Source: Octopus sinensis
Taxonomy: Eukaryota
Direction of reading: 5' to 3'
Assembly: GCF_006345805.1 (NCBI RefSeq)
Contig: NW_021835975.1
Span: forward strand, 1,655 to 65,654
Length of the DNA stretch: 64,000 bases
The translations under genes were made by a program, and so were the position numbers. Below the pieces are notes generated by a model. The model searched no databases. It saw nothing but the letters and a program-made list of their open reading frames with translations, and was not told where the DNA came from. Shown piece by piece: positions 1-15,500 of this stretch (within the stretch, counting starts at the first letter, position 1; each line of letters opens with the position of its first letter).

Positions 1-1065
1 AGAAGCAATGGACAGGATAATGCGAGCAGAGGCCTTTCCAACTGTGCTTAGAAGAGATATTCCACGGTAATTGTTACAATCATCACGGTCACTTCTATTT
101 TTGTAAAGCGTAATGATGTTAGCATCCCGCATATTCTGAGGGACTGTACCCTCTTACCAGCACTGACACAGAAGCTCATGAATGTGCCGAAGCAGGATGG
201 TGTTTTTGCCGGTTTTGATGATCTCTGAGGGATGCCGTCTTTTCCCGGAGCCTTGTTACTTGCTAGGGAGTCAATAGATTGGTGAGCTCTGCTATAGATG
301 GCAGACTGTCAAGTTCACACATGACTGGCAAGATCTTGACACCCTCGATTGCAGCCTCAGCTACCGTGGTCTCTCGTGAGTAGAGATCCTGGCAGTACTC
401 CATCCATCTATCCATTTGCTTGCTTTGGTCCCTGATGAGATCTCCACTAGTTGATTTCAGAGGGGCTGAGGTATTTGCGGATGGACCGAGGGCCTTCTTC
501 AAACCGGCATACATCCACGGGTGTCGCCACTGTCAGCAGCTGACTGGATACTCTGACAGATTTCCTTTCAATACCCATTTGCATAGCGTCTGGCAGTCAG
601 TTGGGTTTTATTTCTTGCCTTTCTGAGTTCTTCGTGTGACTTTGTAGAAGAATCACTCTTGTATTGCATCAGAGCTGTACGCTTTGCTTCGATAACTGGT
701 TCCAGCTCTGAGAGCCCAGCACTGAACAAAATCTGGGTTTTACCTTTCTCTCATTCCGAAAGTATCTATTGATGTGGTATACAAAGCTTCCCTGATATAA
801 TTCCACCTACTTTCAGCAGAGGAGGTTGGGCAGCTACTGAGGGCAACCTTGATAAAAACAGCAAACATTGTCGCAGTGTAGGGTTCGAGGTTCTGGCAGT
901 GTTAATGTGTGGTTGGCTAATTTTCTTGGAGTGATGGACTTTTTAGGCAGAATCCTCACCCTTCTTATTAGTGAATGATCTGTGTCACAATCCGCGCTAC
1001 GGGTCAGTTGAACAGAATTCAGAAAGGATCTTCGTGTAATGATGAGATCCAACTGATAACAGTGG
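1..1065 (-). mobile_element. Degraded RTE-clade (BovB-like) LINE fragment: end of endonuclease, linker, start of RT
   Basis: Minus-strand peptides YQLDLIITRRSFLNSVQLTRSADCDTDHSL (APE endonuclease C-terminal D-H motif) and MYAGLKKALGP...LIRDQSKQMDRW..., typical of RTE ORFs; broken by stops and frameshifts; runs off the window edge. Confidence 0.75.
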
Positions 1066-1540
1066 TGTCTCGTAGCCGCGGACATTGAGCCCAATGGCGC
1101 CCAGAGCGCAGCTCCGGTCGCCATAGCGCTCACTGTTGTCTCGTAGCCGCGGATATTGAGCCCAATGGCGCCCAGAGCGCAGCTCCGGTCGCCATAGCGC
1201 TCACTGTTGTCTCGTAGCCGCGGACATTGAGCCCAATGGCGCCCAGAGCGCAGCTCCGGTCGCCATAGCGCTCACTGTTGTCTCGTAGCCGCGGACATTG
1301 AGCCCAATGGCGCCCAGAGCGCAGCTCCGGTCGCCATAGCGCTCACTGTTGTCTCGTAGCCGCGGACATTGAGCCCAATGGCGCCCAGAGCGCAGCTCCG
1401 GTCGCCATAGCGCTCACTGTTGTCTCGTAGCCGCGGACATTGAGCCCAATGGCGCCCAGAGCGCAGCTCCGGTCGCCATAGCGCTCACTGTTGTCTCGTA
1501 GCCGCGGACATTGAGCCCAATGGCGCCCAGAGCGCAGCTC
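1066..1540. repeat. GC-rich 71-bp tandem repeat, ~6.7 near-identical copies
   Basis: cgtagccgcggacattgagcccaatggcgcccagagcgcagctccggtcgccatagcgctcactgttgtct recurs at 1071, 1142, 1213, 1284, 1355, 1426, 1497. Confidence 0.97.
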
Positions 1541-1660
1541 AATAGACTCCTTATACCCTAAGGAAGGCATGTGTAAAATTTGAATGAAATTGGTTGAGTA
1601 GTTCTCAAGTTATAGGGAAATACACAGACAGACAGAGACACATTCTCAGATACATAAAAG
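1541..1660 (-). mobile_element. Non-autonomous Helitron-like element end (copy 1)
   Basis: gtgtaaaatttgaatgaaattggttg...gttctcaag...(acag)n...acacattct, similar to 3245-3355; resembles the organisation of Lep1/Helitron-N elements. Confidence 0.45.
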
Positions 1661-1944
1661 AATGAGAGTGGGTGATTTTTTTATATATACACACATTTAT
1701 ATATACATATTTATATATAGAAACACACGCACACACACACAACACACACACACACACACTCGCATACATTATAGCGTGAGTGATGAAGATGGCCCCTAGC
1801 AACCACACCTTTTAAGATGGATTTCTAAGGTAGCCGACGAGCATCGTCACCTCATTCTACATGTCCCTGTAACCTTTGGAGCGAATCGGACGGATGTTGT
1901 ACTGGCATTGAAAGCGATCCAAGCGGTAAAAACGCATTTCAGTT

Positions 1945-2698
1945 CTATATAGAGAGATATATATAGATATATAGATATAAATATATAAAAATTATATATA
2001 TGTATACAAATTATATAGATGTATACAAATATATACAAACTATATATATGTATGTAAATATATGCAAATTATATACATGTATGTAAATATATACAAATTA
2101 TATACATGTATGTAAATATATACAAATTATATACATGTATGTAAATATATGCAAATTATATACATGTATGTAAATATATACAAATTATATACATGTATTT
2201 AAATATATACAAATTATATACCTGTATGTAAATATAGAAATTATATTATATGTATGCAAATTATATATATGTATATAAATATATACAAATCATATATATG
2301 TATATAAATATATACAAATCATATATATGTATATAAATATATACAAATTAAATATATGTATATAAATATATACAAATTAAATATATGTATATAAATATAT
2401 ACAAATCATATATATGTATATAAATGTATACACATTATATATATGTATATAAACGTATACAAATTATATATATATGTATCTAAACGTATACAAATTATAT
2501 ATATATATAAACGTATACAAATTGTATATATGTTTATGAACGTATATAATTATATATATGTATATAACGTATACAAATAATATATATGTATATAAATGTA
2601 TACAAATTATATATATATGTATATAAATATATACTAATTATATATATGTATATAAATATAAACATTATATATATGTATATAAAGATATACAAATTATA

Positions 2699-2730
<32 letters not shown>

Positions 2731-3185
2731 CAAATTATATTTATGTATATATATATATACAAATTATATATATGTATATATATATATACAAATTATATAT
2801 ATGTATATAAATATATACAAATTATATATATGTATATAAATATATACAAATTATATTTATGTATATAAATATATACAAATTATATTTATGTATATAAATA
2901 TATACAAATTATATTTATGTATATAAATATATACAAATTATATTTATGTATATAAATATATACAAATTATATTTGTATACAAATATATACAAATTATATT
3001 TATGTATACAAATATATACAAATTATATATATGTATATAAATATAACAAATTATATATATGTATATAAATATACACAAATTATATATATACATAATATAT
3101 ACAAATTATACATATATGTATACAAATATATACAAATTATACATATGTATATATATATATACAATTATATATATGTATACAAATA
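1945..3185. repeat. AT-rich ~26-30 bp minisatellite (tatatatgtataaatatatacaaat)
   Basis: Direct reading. Confidence 0.95.
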
Positions 3186-3398
3186 TCGTAGCCGCGGACA
3201 TTGAGCCAATGGCGCCCAGAGCCTTGCCCCTGACACTCCATGGACCCTAAGCAAGGCGTGTGTAAAATTTGAATGAAATTGGTTGTGTAGTTCTCAAGAT
3301 TTAGGGATTCAAACAGACAGACAGATACACATTCTTAGTTTCATATATATCGATATACTAGCATTATGACCCTGTCGATGCCGGGTCATAGTGCTAGT
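3186..3398 (-). mobile_element. Non-autonomous Helitron-like element end (copy 2), followed by a CTAG-bounded hairpin
   Basis: Single copy of the 71-mer start (cgtagccgcggacattgagc), the same end sequence as 1541-1660 finishing tatatatcgat, then actagcattatgaccc-tgtcgatgcc-gggtcatagtgctagt hairpin at 3357-3398. Confidence 0.5.
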
Positions 3399-3559
3399 GC
3401 ATGTATATATTTGTACATATTACACGTACATATATACATATATATATACATTTTCACATAAAATACAAAATACAATGTTATATCTTGATATCGCTAGTGA
3501 TAACAATACTCAAAATTTATAACAGACTGGAGTTATAGGCCCTTCTCTTGCAATTTTGA

Positions 3560-3944
3560 CCAATATATATATATACAAAGTATATATATGTATATAAATA
3601 TATACGAATTATATATATATGTATATAGATATATACGAATTATATATATGTATATAAATATATACGAATTATATATATGTATATAAATATATACGAATTA
3701 TATATATGTATATAGATATATACGAATTATATATATGTATATAGATATATGCGAATTATATATATGTATATAGATATATACGAATGATATATGTATATAA
3801 ATATATACAAAGGATATATATGTATATAATATATACAAAGGATATATATATGTATATAAATATATACAAAGGATATATAATGTATATAAATATATACAAA
3901 GGATATATATATGTATATAAATATATACAAATGATATATATATC
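3560..3944. repeat. AT-rich minisatellite
   Basis: Units like tatatatgtatataaatatatacgaat / acaaaggat. Confidence 0.9.
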
Positions 3945-4430
3945 CTTAAAAATGTTTTAGACCGAAGGCCGCGGCCATGCTGGGGCACCACCGCTGAATG
4001 AGCTACACTAATTTGTGAATCCACCTCTGATACGTGGCACTTGATCAACAAGGGAGTTCGATGCTGCTGCCCGCATCCGCGTCTCCTGTCGTGAGGTAGG
4101 TTCATCTGGGAGTCCCAACAAGAAGAGATCCAGTTTAGTTTTAAAGAAACCCACATCCACACCATGTAAGTCTCTCAGGCATTTATGGAGGATGTTAAAG
4201 AGCTGTGGTCCTCTGAAACCAAAGCTGTTGCAGTATCTGGACCTGTATTTTGATGGTGATGTTGGAATCCTTGGCACCATGAAGTGGCGCCCCGTCCTGC
4301 GGTGGGAGAACTTTGAATGCCAAAGTTTGGGACAAGACCGTCCAGGATTTTCCAGATGTATATCACCGCATATCTCTCCCGCCTCCGCTCAAGGGAAAAA
4401 AGGTTTAATACCTTCAGTCTTTCCCAGTCT
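3945..4430 (-). mobile_element. CR1/L2-type LINE 3' fragment (ORF2 C-terminus and 3' UTR)
   Basis: [37 protein letters not shown] then RYCNSFGFRGPQLFNIL...FKTKLDLFL; frameshifted. Confidence 0.8.
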
Positions 4431-5271
4431 TTATATGTATATAAATATATACAAATGATATATATATATATGTATATAAATACATACAAAGGATATATGT
4501 ATATAAATATATACAAATGATATATATATGTATATAAATACATACAAATGATATATATATGTATATAAAAACATACAAATGATATATATATGTATATAAA
4601 TATATACAAATGATATATATATGTATATAAATATATACAAATGATATATATATGTATATAAATATATACATATATTACTTACATATTACTTAAGAAACAG
4701 GAAGAGAGAGTGAGAGAAAGAGGGGCGAAAGAGTACAACAGAGGTCGCCACTAACCCCTGCAAATTAGATATATATAATATATACAAATTATATATATAT
4801 ATAAATATGTTATAATAATTATATTATGTATATACATATATACAAATTATATATATATATGTATACTAATTATATATATGTATATAAATGTATACAAGTT
4901 ATATATATATATGTATATAAATGTAGACATGTTATATATATATATGTATATAAATGTTTGAAAGTTATATATATATATATATGTATATAAATGTATGCAA
5001 GTTATAAATATATATGTATATAAATGTATGCAAGTTATATATATATATGTATATAAATATATGCAAATTATATATGTATATATATGTATATAAATGTATG
5101 CAATTATATATATATATATATGTATATAAATGTATGCAAATTATATATATATGTATATAAATGTATGCAAATTATATATATGTATATGTATGTATGCAAA
5201 TTATATATATATATGTATATGTATGTATGCAAAATATATATATATATGTATATGTAAGTATGCAAATTATA
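4431..5271. repeat. AT-rich minisatellites with a short SINE-like piece at ~4690-4762
   Basis: Direct reading; 4694-4760 resembles 59417-59480. Confidence 0.85.
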
Positions 5272-6578
5272 TGATTGATTGATTGCTTGATTGATTTTAG
5301 TTTCAGCTCATGAGCTGTGGCCATGCTGGTGCACCGCCATTTGTGTTGCTACATGGTTTTACTTCACGAAAGCTTTTTAGCAATTGCCATTTGGTGCATG
5401 AGAGAGGTCGATGCAGCTGCCCTCATCTGCACCTGCTGCCGTGAAGTTGGTTCATCTGGGACACCTGACAGGAGGAGATCCAGTTTCATTTTAAAGACAT
5501 CTGCCCACCCATGCAGGTCTCTTAGGTTCTTCGAGAGGATATTGAAGAGCTGTGGGCCTCGGAAGCCCAGGCTATCACAGTATCTTGTCCTACATCTTGG
5601 TGGCAAATTGGAGTCCTAGGCACCACGCAGTGGCGCCCAGTTCTGGCATTTGTGTAACTCTCGATGCCAAAGTTCAGGACACGTACTTCCAGGATCTTCC
5701 AGATGTATATTATGGCATATCTTTCCGCCTACGCTCCAAGGAATAGTTTTAATCTCTTGTTCTTTCCAGTAGCTTACATTCTGCATAGAGGCTGTCTTCT
5801 TCGTGTAGCTACATTGGATCGCCTCGAGTTCTGTGATCAACTTGACGCTGGATGGTGACCATAACTGAGAGCAATAGTCAAAGTGGCTTAGGACAAGTGG
5901 CTTCCAGAGGACCATCATGGTTTCTTGCTCTCTTTTTCTGAAGGTTCTGAGAATCCATCCAGCCAGTCGTCTGCATTTCATTGCCAAATTAGCAACATTT
6001 ACACGAAAGGTTGCGTCATCACTCATGTAAATACCCAGGTCACGCACTGATTGTGCCTCTGGGATTGCTATGCCTCCGGGTCCAGTGTATTCATTGGGCA
6101 TTGCATTTAGTTTTGCATGCTGATAGTATAAAGCTTGAAACTTTTCAGCATTGAACTGCATGCTATTTTTTCAGCCCACTTGTATATTTTGTCCAGCTCA
6201 TATTGCAGGCGTTTAGTGTCCTCAGGGTTCTGTATTGCCTGTGAAACATTTGTATCATCTCCATAACTTGTGATCGTGGCTCTCTGCGTAGCTGAGGGCA
6301 TGTCTGAGAGGGCCATTATGAACAGTAGTGGTCCCAAAACAGTGCCCTGCGGAACACCGCTCACTATTTGCGTGTTAATGGAAGTGGCCCCATTGACTAC
6401 TACCACCTGACTTCTATCTTTCAGTAAGTCATGAAGCCATTCTCCCAGTTTTCCAACTATGTTGAGATCACGCAGTTTCTGAAATATCATTCCATGATCG
6501 ACTTTATCAAAGGACGTTGCAAAGTCGAGATATATGACTTCCACATTTGAGTGGTTGAGCAGCCGTGTCAGCACCCAG
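5272..6578 (-). mobile_element. 5'-truncated CR1/L2-type LINE: RT domain to 3' end with (ATCA)n tail
   Basis: RT motifs VIYLDF..SFDKVDHG, SGVPQGTVLGPLLF, YGDDT, VRDLGI, C-terminal RYCDSLGFRGPQLFNIL; (tgat)n at 5272-5295; several frameshifts. Confidence 0.88.
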
Positions 6579-9500
6579 TTGATGCTATGTCGACGGAACG
6601 AACACACGTACACAGACAAATTGATGTTTATGCTATGCAGATAGAACGAACACACATACACAGAGCGTGGTTGATGCAATGTCTACGGAACGAACACACG
6701 TACACAGACAGATTGATGTTTATGCTATGCAGACAGAACGAACATACATACACAGAGCGTGGTTGATGCTATGTCTACGGAACGAACACACGTACACAGA
6801 CAGATTGATGTTTATGCTATTCAGACAGAACGAACACACATACACAGAGCGTGGTTGATGCTATGTCTACGGAACGAACACACGTACACAGACAGATTGA
6901 TGTTTATGCTATGCAGACGGAACGAACACACATACACAGAGCGTTGTTGATGCTATGTCTACGGAACGAACACACGTACACAGACAGATTGATGTTTATG
7001 CTATGCAGACGGAACGAACACACATACACAGAGCGAGGTTGATGCTATGTCTACGGAACGAACACACGTACACAGACAGATTGATGATTATGCTATTCAG
7101 ACAGAACGAACACACATACACAGAGCGAGGTTGATGCTATGTCTACGGAACGAACACACGTACACAGACAGATTGATGTTTATGCTATTCAGACAGAACG
7201 AACACACATACACAGAGCGTTGTTGATGCTATGTCTACGGAACGAACACACGTACACAGACAGATTGATGTTTATGCTATGCAGACAGAACGAACACACA
7301 TACACAGAGCGTGGTTGATGCTATGTCTACGGAACGAACACACGTACACAGACAGATTGATGTTTATGCTATTCAGACAGAACGAACACACATACACAGA
7401 GCGTGGTTGATGCAATGTCTACGGAACGAACACACGTACACAGACAGATTGATGTTTATGCTATTCAACAGAACGAACACACATACACAGAGCGTGGTTG
7501 ATGCAATGTCTACGGAACGAACACACGTACACAGACAGATTGATGTTTATGCTATGCAGACAGAACGAACACACATACACAGAGCGTTTTGATGCTATGT
7601 CTACGAACGAACACACGTACACAGACAGATTGATGTTTATGCTATGCAACAGACGAACACACATACACAAGCGTGGTTGATGCTATGTCTACGGAACGAA
7701 CACGTACACAGACAGATTGATGTTTATGCTATGCAGACAGAACGACACACATACACAGAGCGTGGTTGATGCTATGTCTACGGAACGAACACACAACACA
7801 GACAGATTGATTTTATGCTATGCAGACAGAACGAACACACATACACAGAGCGTGTTGATGCTATGTCTACGGAACGAACACACGTACACAGACAGATTGA
7901 TGTTTATGCTATGCAGACAGAACGAACACACATACACAGAGCGTGGTTGATGCTATGTCTACGGAACGAACACACGTACACAGACAGATTGATGTTTATG
8001 CTATGCAACAGAACGAACACACATACACAGAGCGTGGTTGATGCTATGTCTACGGAACGAACACACGACACAGACAGATTGATGTTATGCTATGCAGACA
8101 GAACGAACACACATACACCAGAGCGTGGTTGATGCTATGTCTACGGAACGAACACACGTACACAGACAGATTGATGTTTATGCTATGCAGACAGAACGAA
8201 CACACATCACAGAGCGAGGTTGATGCTATGTCTACGGAACGAACACACGTACACAGACAGATGATGTTTATGCTATTCAGACAGAACGAACACACATACA
8301 CAGAGCGTGGTTGATGCTATGTCTACGGAACGAACACACGTACACAGACAGATTGATGTTTTTATGCTATGCAGACAGAACGAACACACATACACAGAGC
8401 GATGGTTGATGCTATGTCTACGGAACGAACACACGTACACAGACAGATTGATGTTATGCAATGCAGACAGAACGAACACACGTACACAGAGCGTGGTTGA
8501 TGCTATGTCTACGGAACGAACACACGTACACAGACAGATTGATGTTTATGCTATGCAGACAGAACGAACACACGTACACAGAGCGTGGTTGCTGCTATGT
8601 CTACGGAACGAACACACTTACACAGACAGATTGATGTTTATGCAATGCAGACAGAACGAACACACGTACACAGAGCGTGGTTGATGCTATGTCTACGGAA
8701 CGAACACACGTACACAGACAGATTGATGTTTATGCTATGCAGACAGAACGAACACACGTACACAGAGCGTGGTTGCTGCTATGTCTACGGAACGAACACA
8801 CGTACACAGACAGATTGATGTTTATGCTATGCAGACAGAACGAACACACATACACAGAGCGAGGTTGATGCTATGTCTACGGAACGAACACACGTACACA
8901 GACAGATTGATGTTTATGCTATGCAGAACGAACGAAACACATACACAGAGCGTGGTTGATGCTATGTCTACGGAACGAACACACGTACACAGACAGATTG
9001 ATGTTTATGCTATGCAGACAGAACGAACACACGTACACAGAGCGTGGTTGATGCTATGTCTACGGAACGAACACACGTACACAGACAGATTGATGTTTAT
9101 GCTATGCAGACAGAACGAACACACGTACACAGAGCGTGGTTGATGCTATGTCTACGGAACGAACACACGTACACAGACAGATTGATGTTTATGCTATGCA
9201 GACAGAACGAACACACATACACAGAGCGAGGTTGATGCTATGTCTACGGAACGAACACACGTACACAGACAGATTGATGTTTATGCTATGCAGACAGAAC
9301 GAACACACATACACAGAGCGAGGTTGATGCTATGTCTACGGAACGAACACACGTACAGACAGATTGATGTTTATGCTATGCAGACAGAACGAACACACAT
9401 ACACAGAGCGTGGTTGATGCTATGTCTACGGAACGAACACACGTCCACAGACAGATTGATGTTTATGCTATGCAGACAGAACGAACACACATACACAGAG

Positions 9501-12500
9501 CGTGGTTGATGCTATGTCTACGGAACGAACACACGTCCACAGACAGATTGATGTTTATGCTATGCACAGAACAGAACGAACACACTACAAACACAGAGCT
9601 GGTTGATGCTATGTCTAGCGGAACGAACACACGTACACAACAGATTGATGTTTATGCTATGTAGACGGAACGAACACACGTACACAGAGCTTGGTTGATG
9701 CTATGTCTACGAACGAACACCATACACAGAGCGTGGTTGATGCTATGTCTACGGAACGAACACACGTACACAGACAGATTGATGTTTATGCTATGCAGAC
9801 AGAACGAACACACATACACAGAGGTGGTGTGATGCTATGTCTACGGAACGAACACACGTACACAGACAGATTGATGTTTATGCTATGCAGACAGAACGAA
9901 CACACATACACAGAGCGTGGTTGATGCTATGTCTACGGAACGAACACACGTACACAGACAGATTGATGTTTATGCTATTCAGACAGAACGAACACACATA
10001 CACAGAGCGTGGTTGATGCTATGTCTACGGAACGAACACACGTACACAGGCAGTTGATGTTTATGCTATGCAGACAAACGAACACACGTACACAGAGCGT
10101 GGTTGATGCTATGTCTACGGAACGAACACACGTACACAGACAGATTGATGTTTATGCTATGCAGACAGAACGAACACACGTACACAGAGCGTGGTTGATG
10201 CTATGTCTACGGAACGAACACACGTACACAGACAAGTTGATGTTTATGCTATGTAGACGGAACGAACACACGTACACAGAGCTGGTTGATGCTATGTCTA
10301 CGGAACGAACACACATACACAGAGCGTGGTTGATGCTATGTCTAGGAACGAACACACGTACACAGACAGATTGATGTTTATGCTATGCAGACAGAACGAA
10401 CACCATACACAGAGTGTGGTTGATGCTATGTCTACGGAACGAACACACGTACACAGACAGATTGATGTTTATGCTATGCAGACAGAACGAACACACATAC
10501 ACAGAGCGTGGTTGATGCTATGTCTACGGAACGAACACACGTACACAGACAGATTGATGTTTATGCTATTCAGACAGAACGAACACATATACACAGAGCG
10601 TGGTTGATGCTATGTAGACGGAACGAACACACGTACACAGGCAGATTGATGTTTATGCTATGCAGACAGAACGAACACACGTACACAGAGCGTGGTTGAT
10701 GCTATGTCTACGGAACGAACACACGTACACAGACAGATTGATGTTTATGCTATGCAGACAGAAGAACACACATACACAGAGCGGTTTTGATGCTATGTCT
10801 ACGGAACGAACACACGTACACAGACAGATTGATGTTTATGCTATGCAGACAGAACGAACACACTACACAGAGCGTGGTTGCTGCTATGTCTACGAACGAA
10901 CACACGTACACAGACAGATGATGTTTATGCTATGCAGACAGAACGAACACACATACACAACGTGGTTGATGCTATGTCTACGGAACGAACACACGTACAC
11001 AGACAGATTGATGTTTATGCTATGCAGACAGAACGAACACACATACACAGAGCGTGGTTGATGCTATGTCTACGGAACGAACACACGTCCACAGACAGAT
11101 TGATGTTTATGCTATGCAGACAGAACGAACACACATACACAGAGCGTGGTTGATGCTATGTCTACGGAACGAACACACGTCCACAGACAGATTGATGTTT
11201 ATGCTATGCAGACAGAACGAACACACATACACAGAGCGTGGTTGATGCTATGTCTACGGAACGAACACACGTACACAGACAGATTGATGTTTATGCTATG
11301 CAGACAGAACGAACACACATACACAGAGCGTGGTTGATGCTATGTCTACGGAACGAACACACGTACACAGACAGATTGATGTTTATGCTATGCAGACAGA
11401 ACGAACACACATACACAGAGCGTGGTTGATGCTATGTCTACGGAACGAACACACGTACACAGACAGATTGATGTTTATGCTATGCAGACAGAACGAACAC
11501 ACATACACAGAGCGTGGTTGATGCTATGTCTACGGACGAACACACGTACACAGACAGATTGATGTTTATGCTATGCAGACAGAACGAACACACATACACA
11601 GAGCGTGGTTGATGCTATGTCTACGGAACGAACACACGTACACAGACAGATTGATGTTTATGCTATGCAGACAGAACGAACACACATACACAGAGCGTGG
11701 TTGATGCTATGTCTACGGAACGAACACACGTACACAGACAGATTGATGTTTATGCTATGCAGACGGAACGAACACACATACACAGAGCGTGGTTGATGCT
11801 ATGTCTACGGAACGAACACACGTACACAGACAGATTGATGTTTATGCTATGCAGACGGAACGAACACACATACACAGAGCGTGGTTGATGCTATGTCTAC
11901 GGAACGAACACACGTACACAGACAGATTGATGTTTATGCTATGCAGACAGAACGAACACACATACACAGAGCGTGGTTGATGCTATGTAGACGGAACGAA
12001 CACACGTACACAGACAGATTGATGTTTATGCTATGCAGACAGAACGAACACTCACACACAGAGCGTGGTTGATGCTATGTCTACGGAACGAACACACGTA
12101 CACAGACAGATTGATGTTTATGCTATGCAGACGGAACGAACACACATACACAGAGCGTGGTTGATGCTATGTCTACGGAACGAACACACGTACACAGACA
12201 GATTGATGTTTATGCTATGCAGACAGAACGAACACACATACACAGAGCGTGGTTGATGCTATGTCTACGGAACGAACACACGTACACAGACAGATTGATG
12301 TTTATGCTATGCAGACGGAACGAACACACATACACAGAGCGTGGTTGATGCTATGTCTACGGAACGAACACACGTACACAGACAGATTGATGTTTATGCT
12401 ATGCAGACAGAACGAACACACATACACAGAGCGTGGTTGATGCTATGTCTACGGAACGAACACACGTACACAGACAGATTGATGTTATGCTATGCAGACG

Positions 12501-15500
12501 GAACGAACACACATACACAGAGCGTGGTTGATGCTATGTCTACGGAACGAACACACGTACACAGACAGATTGATGTTTATGCTATGCAGACGGAACGAAC
12601 ACACATACACAGAGCGTGGTTGATGCTATGTCTACGGAACGAACACACGTACACAGACAGATTGATGTTTATGCTATGCAGACAGAACGAACACACATAC
12701 ACAGAGCGTGGTTGATGCTATGTAGACGGAACGAACACACGTACACAGACAGATTGATGTTTATGCTATGCAGACAACGAACACACATACACAGAGCGTG
12801 GTTGATGCTATGTACGGAACGAACACACGTACACAGACAGATTGATGTTTATGCTATGCAGACAGAACGAACACACATACACAGAGCGTGGTTGATGCTA
12901 TGTCTACGGAACGAACACACGTACACAGACAGATTGATGTTTATGCTGCTATGCAGACCGAACACACATACACAGAGCAAGGTTGATGCTATGTCTACGG
13001 AACGAACACACGTACACAGACAGATTGATGTTTATGCTATGCAGACAGAACGAACACACATACACAGAGCGTGGTTGATGCTATGTCTACGGAACGAACA
13101 CACGTACACAGACAGATTGATGTTTATGCTATGCAGACGGAACGAACACACATACACATAGCGTGGTTGATGCTATGACTACGGAACGAACACACGTACA
13201 CTGACAGATTGATGTTTATGCTATGCAGACAGAAGGAACACACATACACAGAGCGTGGTTGATGCTATGTCTACGGAACGAACACACGTACACAGACAGA
13301 TTGATGTTTATGCTATTCAGACAGAACGAACACACATACACAGAGCGTGGTTGATGCTATGTCTACGGAACGAACACACGTACACAGACAGATTGATGTT
13401 TATGCTATGTAGACGGAACGAACACACGTACACAGAGCTTGGTTGATGCTATGTCTACGAACGAACACACATACACAGAGCGTGGTTGATGCTATGTCTA
13501 CGGAACGAACACACGTACACAGACAGATTGATGTTATGCTATGCAGACAACGAACACACATACACAGAGCGTGGTTGATGCTATGTAGACGGAACGAACA
13601 CACGTACACAGACAGATTGATGTTTATGCTATGCAGACAGAACGAACACACATACACAGAGCGTGGTTGATGCTATGTCTACGGAACGAACACACGTACA
13701 CAGACAGATTGATGTTTATGCTATGCAGACAGAACGAACACACGTACACAGAGCGTGGTTGATGCTATGTCTACGGAACGAACACACGTACACAGACAGA
13801 TTGATGTTTATGCTATGCAGACAGAACGAACACACATACACAAAGCGTGGTTGATGCTATGTCTACGGAACGAACACACGTACACAGACAGATTGATGTT
13901 TATGCTATGCAGACAGACGACAGAACGAACACACATACACAAAGCGTTGGTTGATGCTATGTCTACGGAACGAACACACGTACACAGACAGATTGATGTT
14001 TATGCTATGCAGACAGAACGAACACACATACACAGAGCGTGGTTGATGCTATGTCTACGGAACGAACACACGTACACAGACAGATTGATGTTTATGCTAT
14101 GCAGACAGAACGAACACACGTACACAGAGCGAGGTTGATGCTATGTCTACGGAACGAACACACGTACACAGACAGATTGATGTTTATGCTATGCAGACAG
14201 AACGAACACACATACACAAAGCGTGTTGATGCTATGTCTACGGAACGAACACACGTACACAGACAGATTGATGTTTATGCTATGCAGACAGAACGAACAC
14301 ACATACACAAAGCGTTGTTGATGCTGTCTACGGAACGAACACACGTACACAGACAGATTGATGTTTATGCTATGCAGACAGAACGAACACACATACACAG
14401 AGCGTGGTTGATGCTATGTCTACGGAACGAACACACGTACACAGACAGATTGATGTTTATGCTATGCAGACGGAACGAACACACATACACAGAGCGTTGT
14501 TGATGCTATGTCTACGGAACGAACACACGTACACAGACAGATTGATGTTTATGCTATGCAGACAGAACGAACACACATACACAGAGCGTTGTTGATGCTA
14601 TGTCTACGGAACGAACACACGTACACAGACAGATTGATGTTTATGCTATGTAGACAGAACGAACACACATACACAAAGCGTTGTTGATGCTATGTCTACG
14701 GAACGAACACACGTACACAGACAGATTGATGTTTATGCTATGCAGACAGAACGAACACACATACACAGAGCGTTGTTGATGCTATGTCTACGGAACGAAC
14801 ACACGTACACAGACAGATTGATGTTTATGCTATGTAGACAGAACGAACACACATACACAAAGCGTTGTTGATGCTATGTCTACGGAACGAACACACGTAC
14901 ACAGACAGATTGATGTTTATGCTATGCAGACAGAACGAACACACATACACAGAGCGTTTTGATGCTATGTCTACGGAACGAACACACGTACACAGACAGA
15001 TTGATGTTTATGCTATGCAGACAGAACGAACACACATACACAAAGCGTTGTTGATGCTATGTCTCTACGGAACGAACACACGTACACAGACAGATTGATG
15101 TTTATGCTATGCAGACAGAACGAACACACATACACAGAGCGTGTTGATGCTATGTCTACGGAACGAACACACGTACACAGACAGATTGATGTTTATGCTA
15201 TGCAGACAGAACGAACACACATACACAAAGCGTTGTTGATGCTATGTCTCTACGGAACGAACACACGTACACAGACAGATTGATGTTTATGCTATGCAGA
15301 CAGAACGACACACATACACAGAGCGTGGTTGATGCTATGTCTACGGAACGAACACACGTACACAGACAGATTGATGTTTATGCTATGCAGACAGAACGAC
15401 ACACATACACAGAGCGTGGTTGATGCTATGTCTACGGAACGAAACAACACATACACAGAGCGTGGTTGATGCTATGTCTACGGAACGAACACACGTACAC

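Noticed and set aside
1095-1135. H-type pseudoknot or ribozyme in the 71-mer
   Set aside because: Loop 3 would be 1 nt across a 6-bp stem, which is sterically implausible; no known ribozyme core recognised
7440-8480. Indel-rich satellite patches (also ~9550-9850, 20000-20800, 24000-24500) as diverged old monomers
   Set aside because: Scattered 1-2 bp indels are typical of unpolished long-read consensus; cannot be treated as biological without reads
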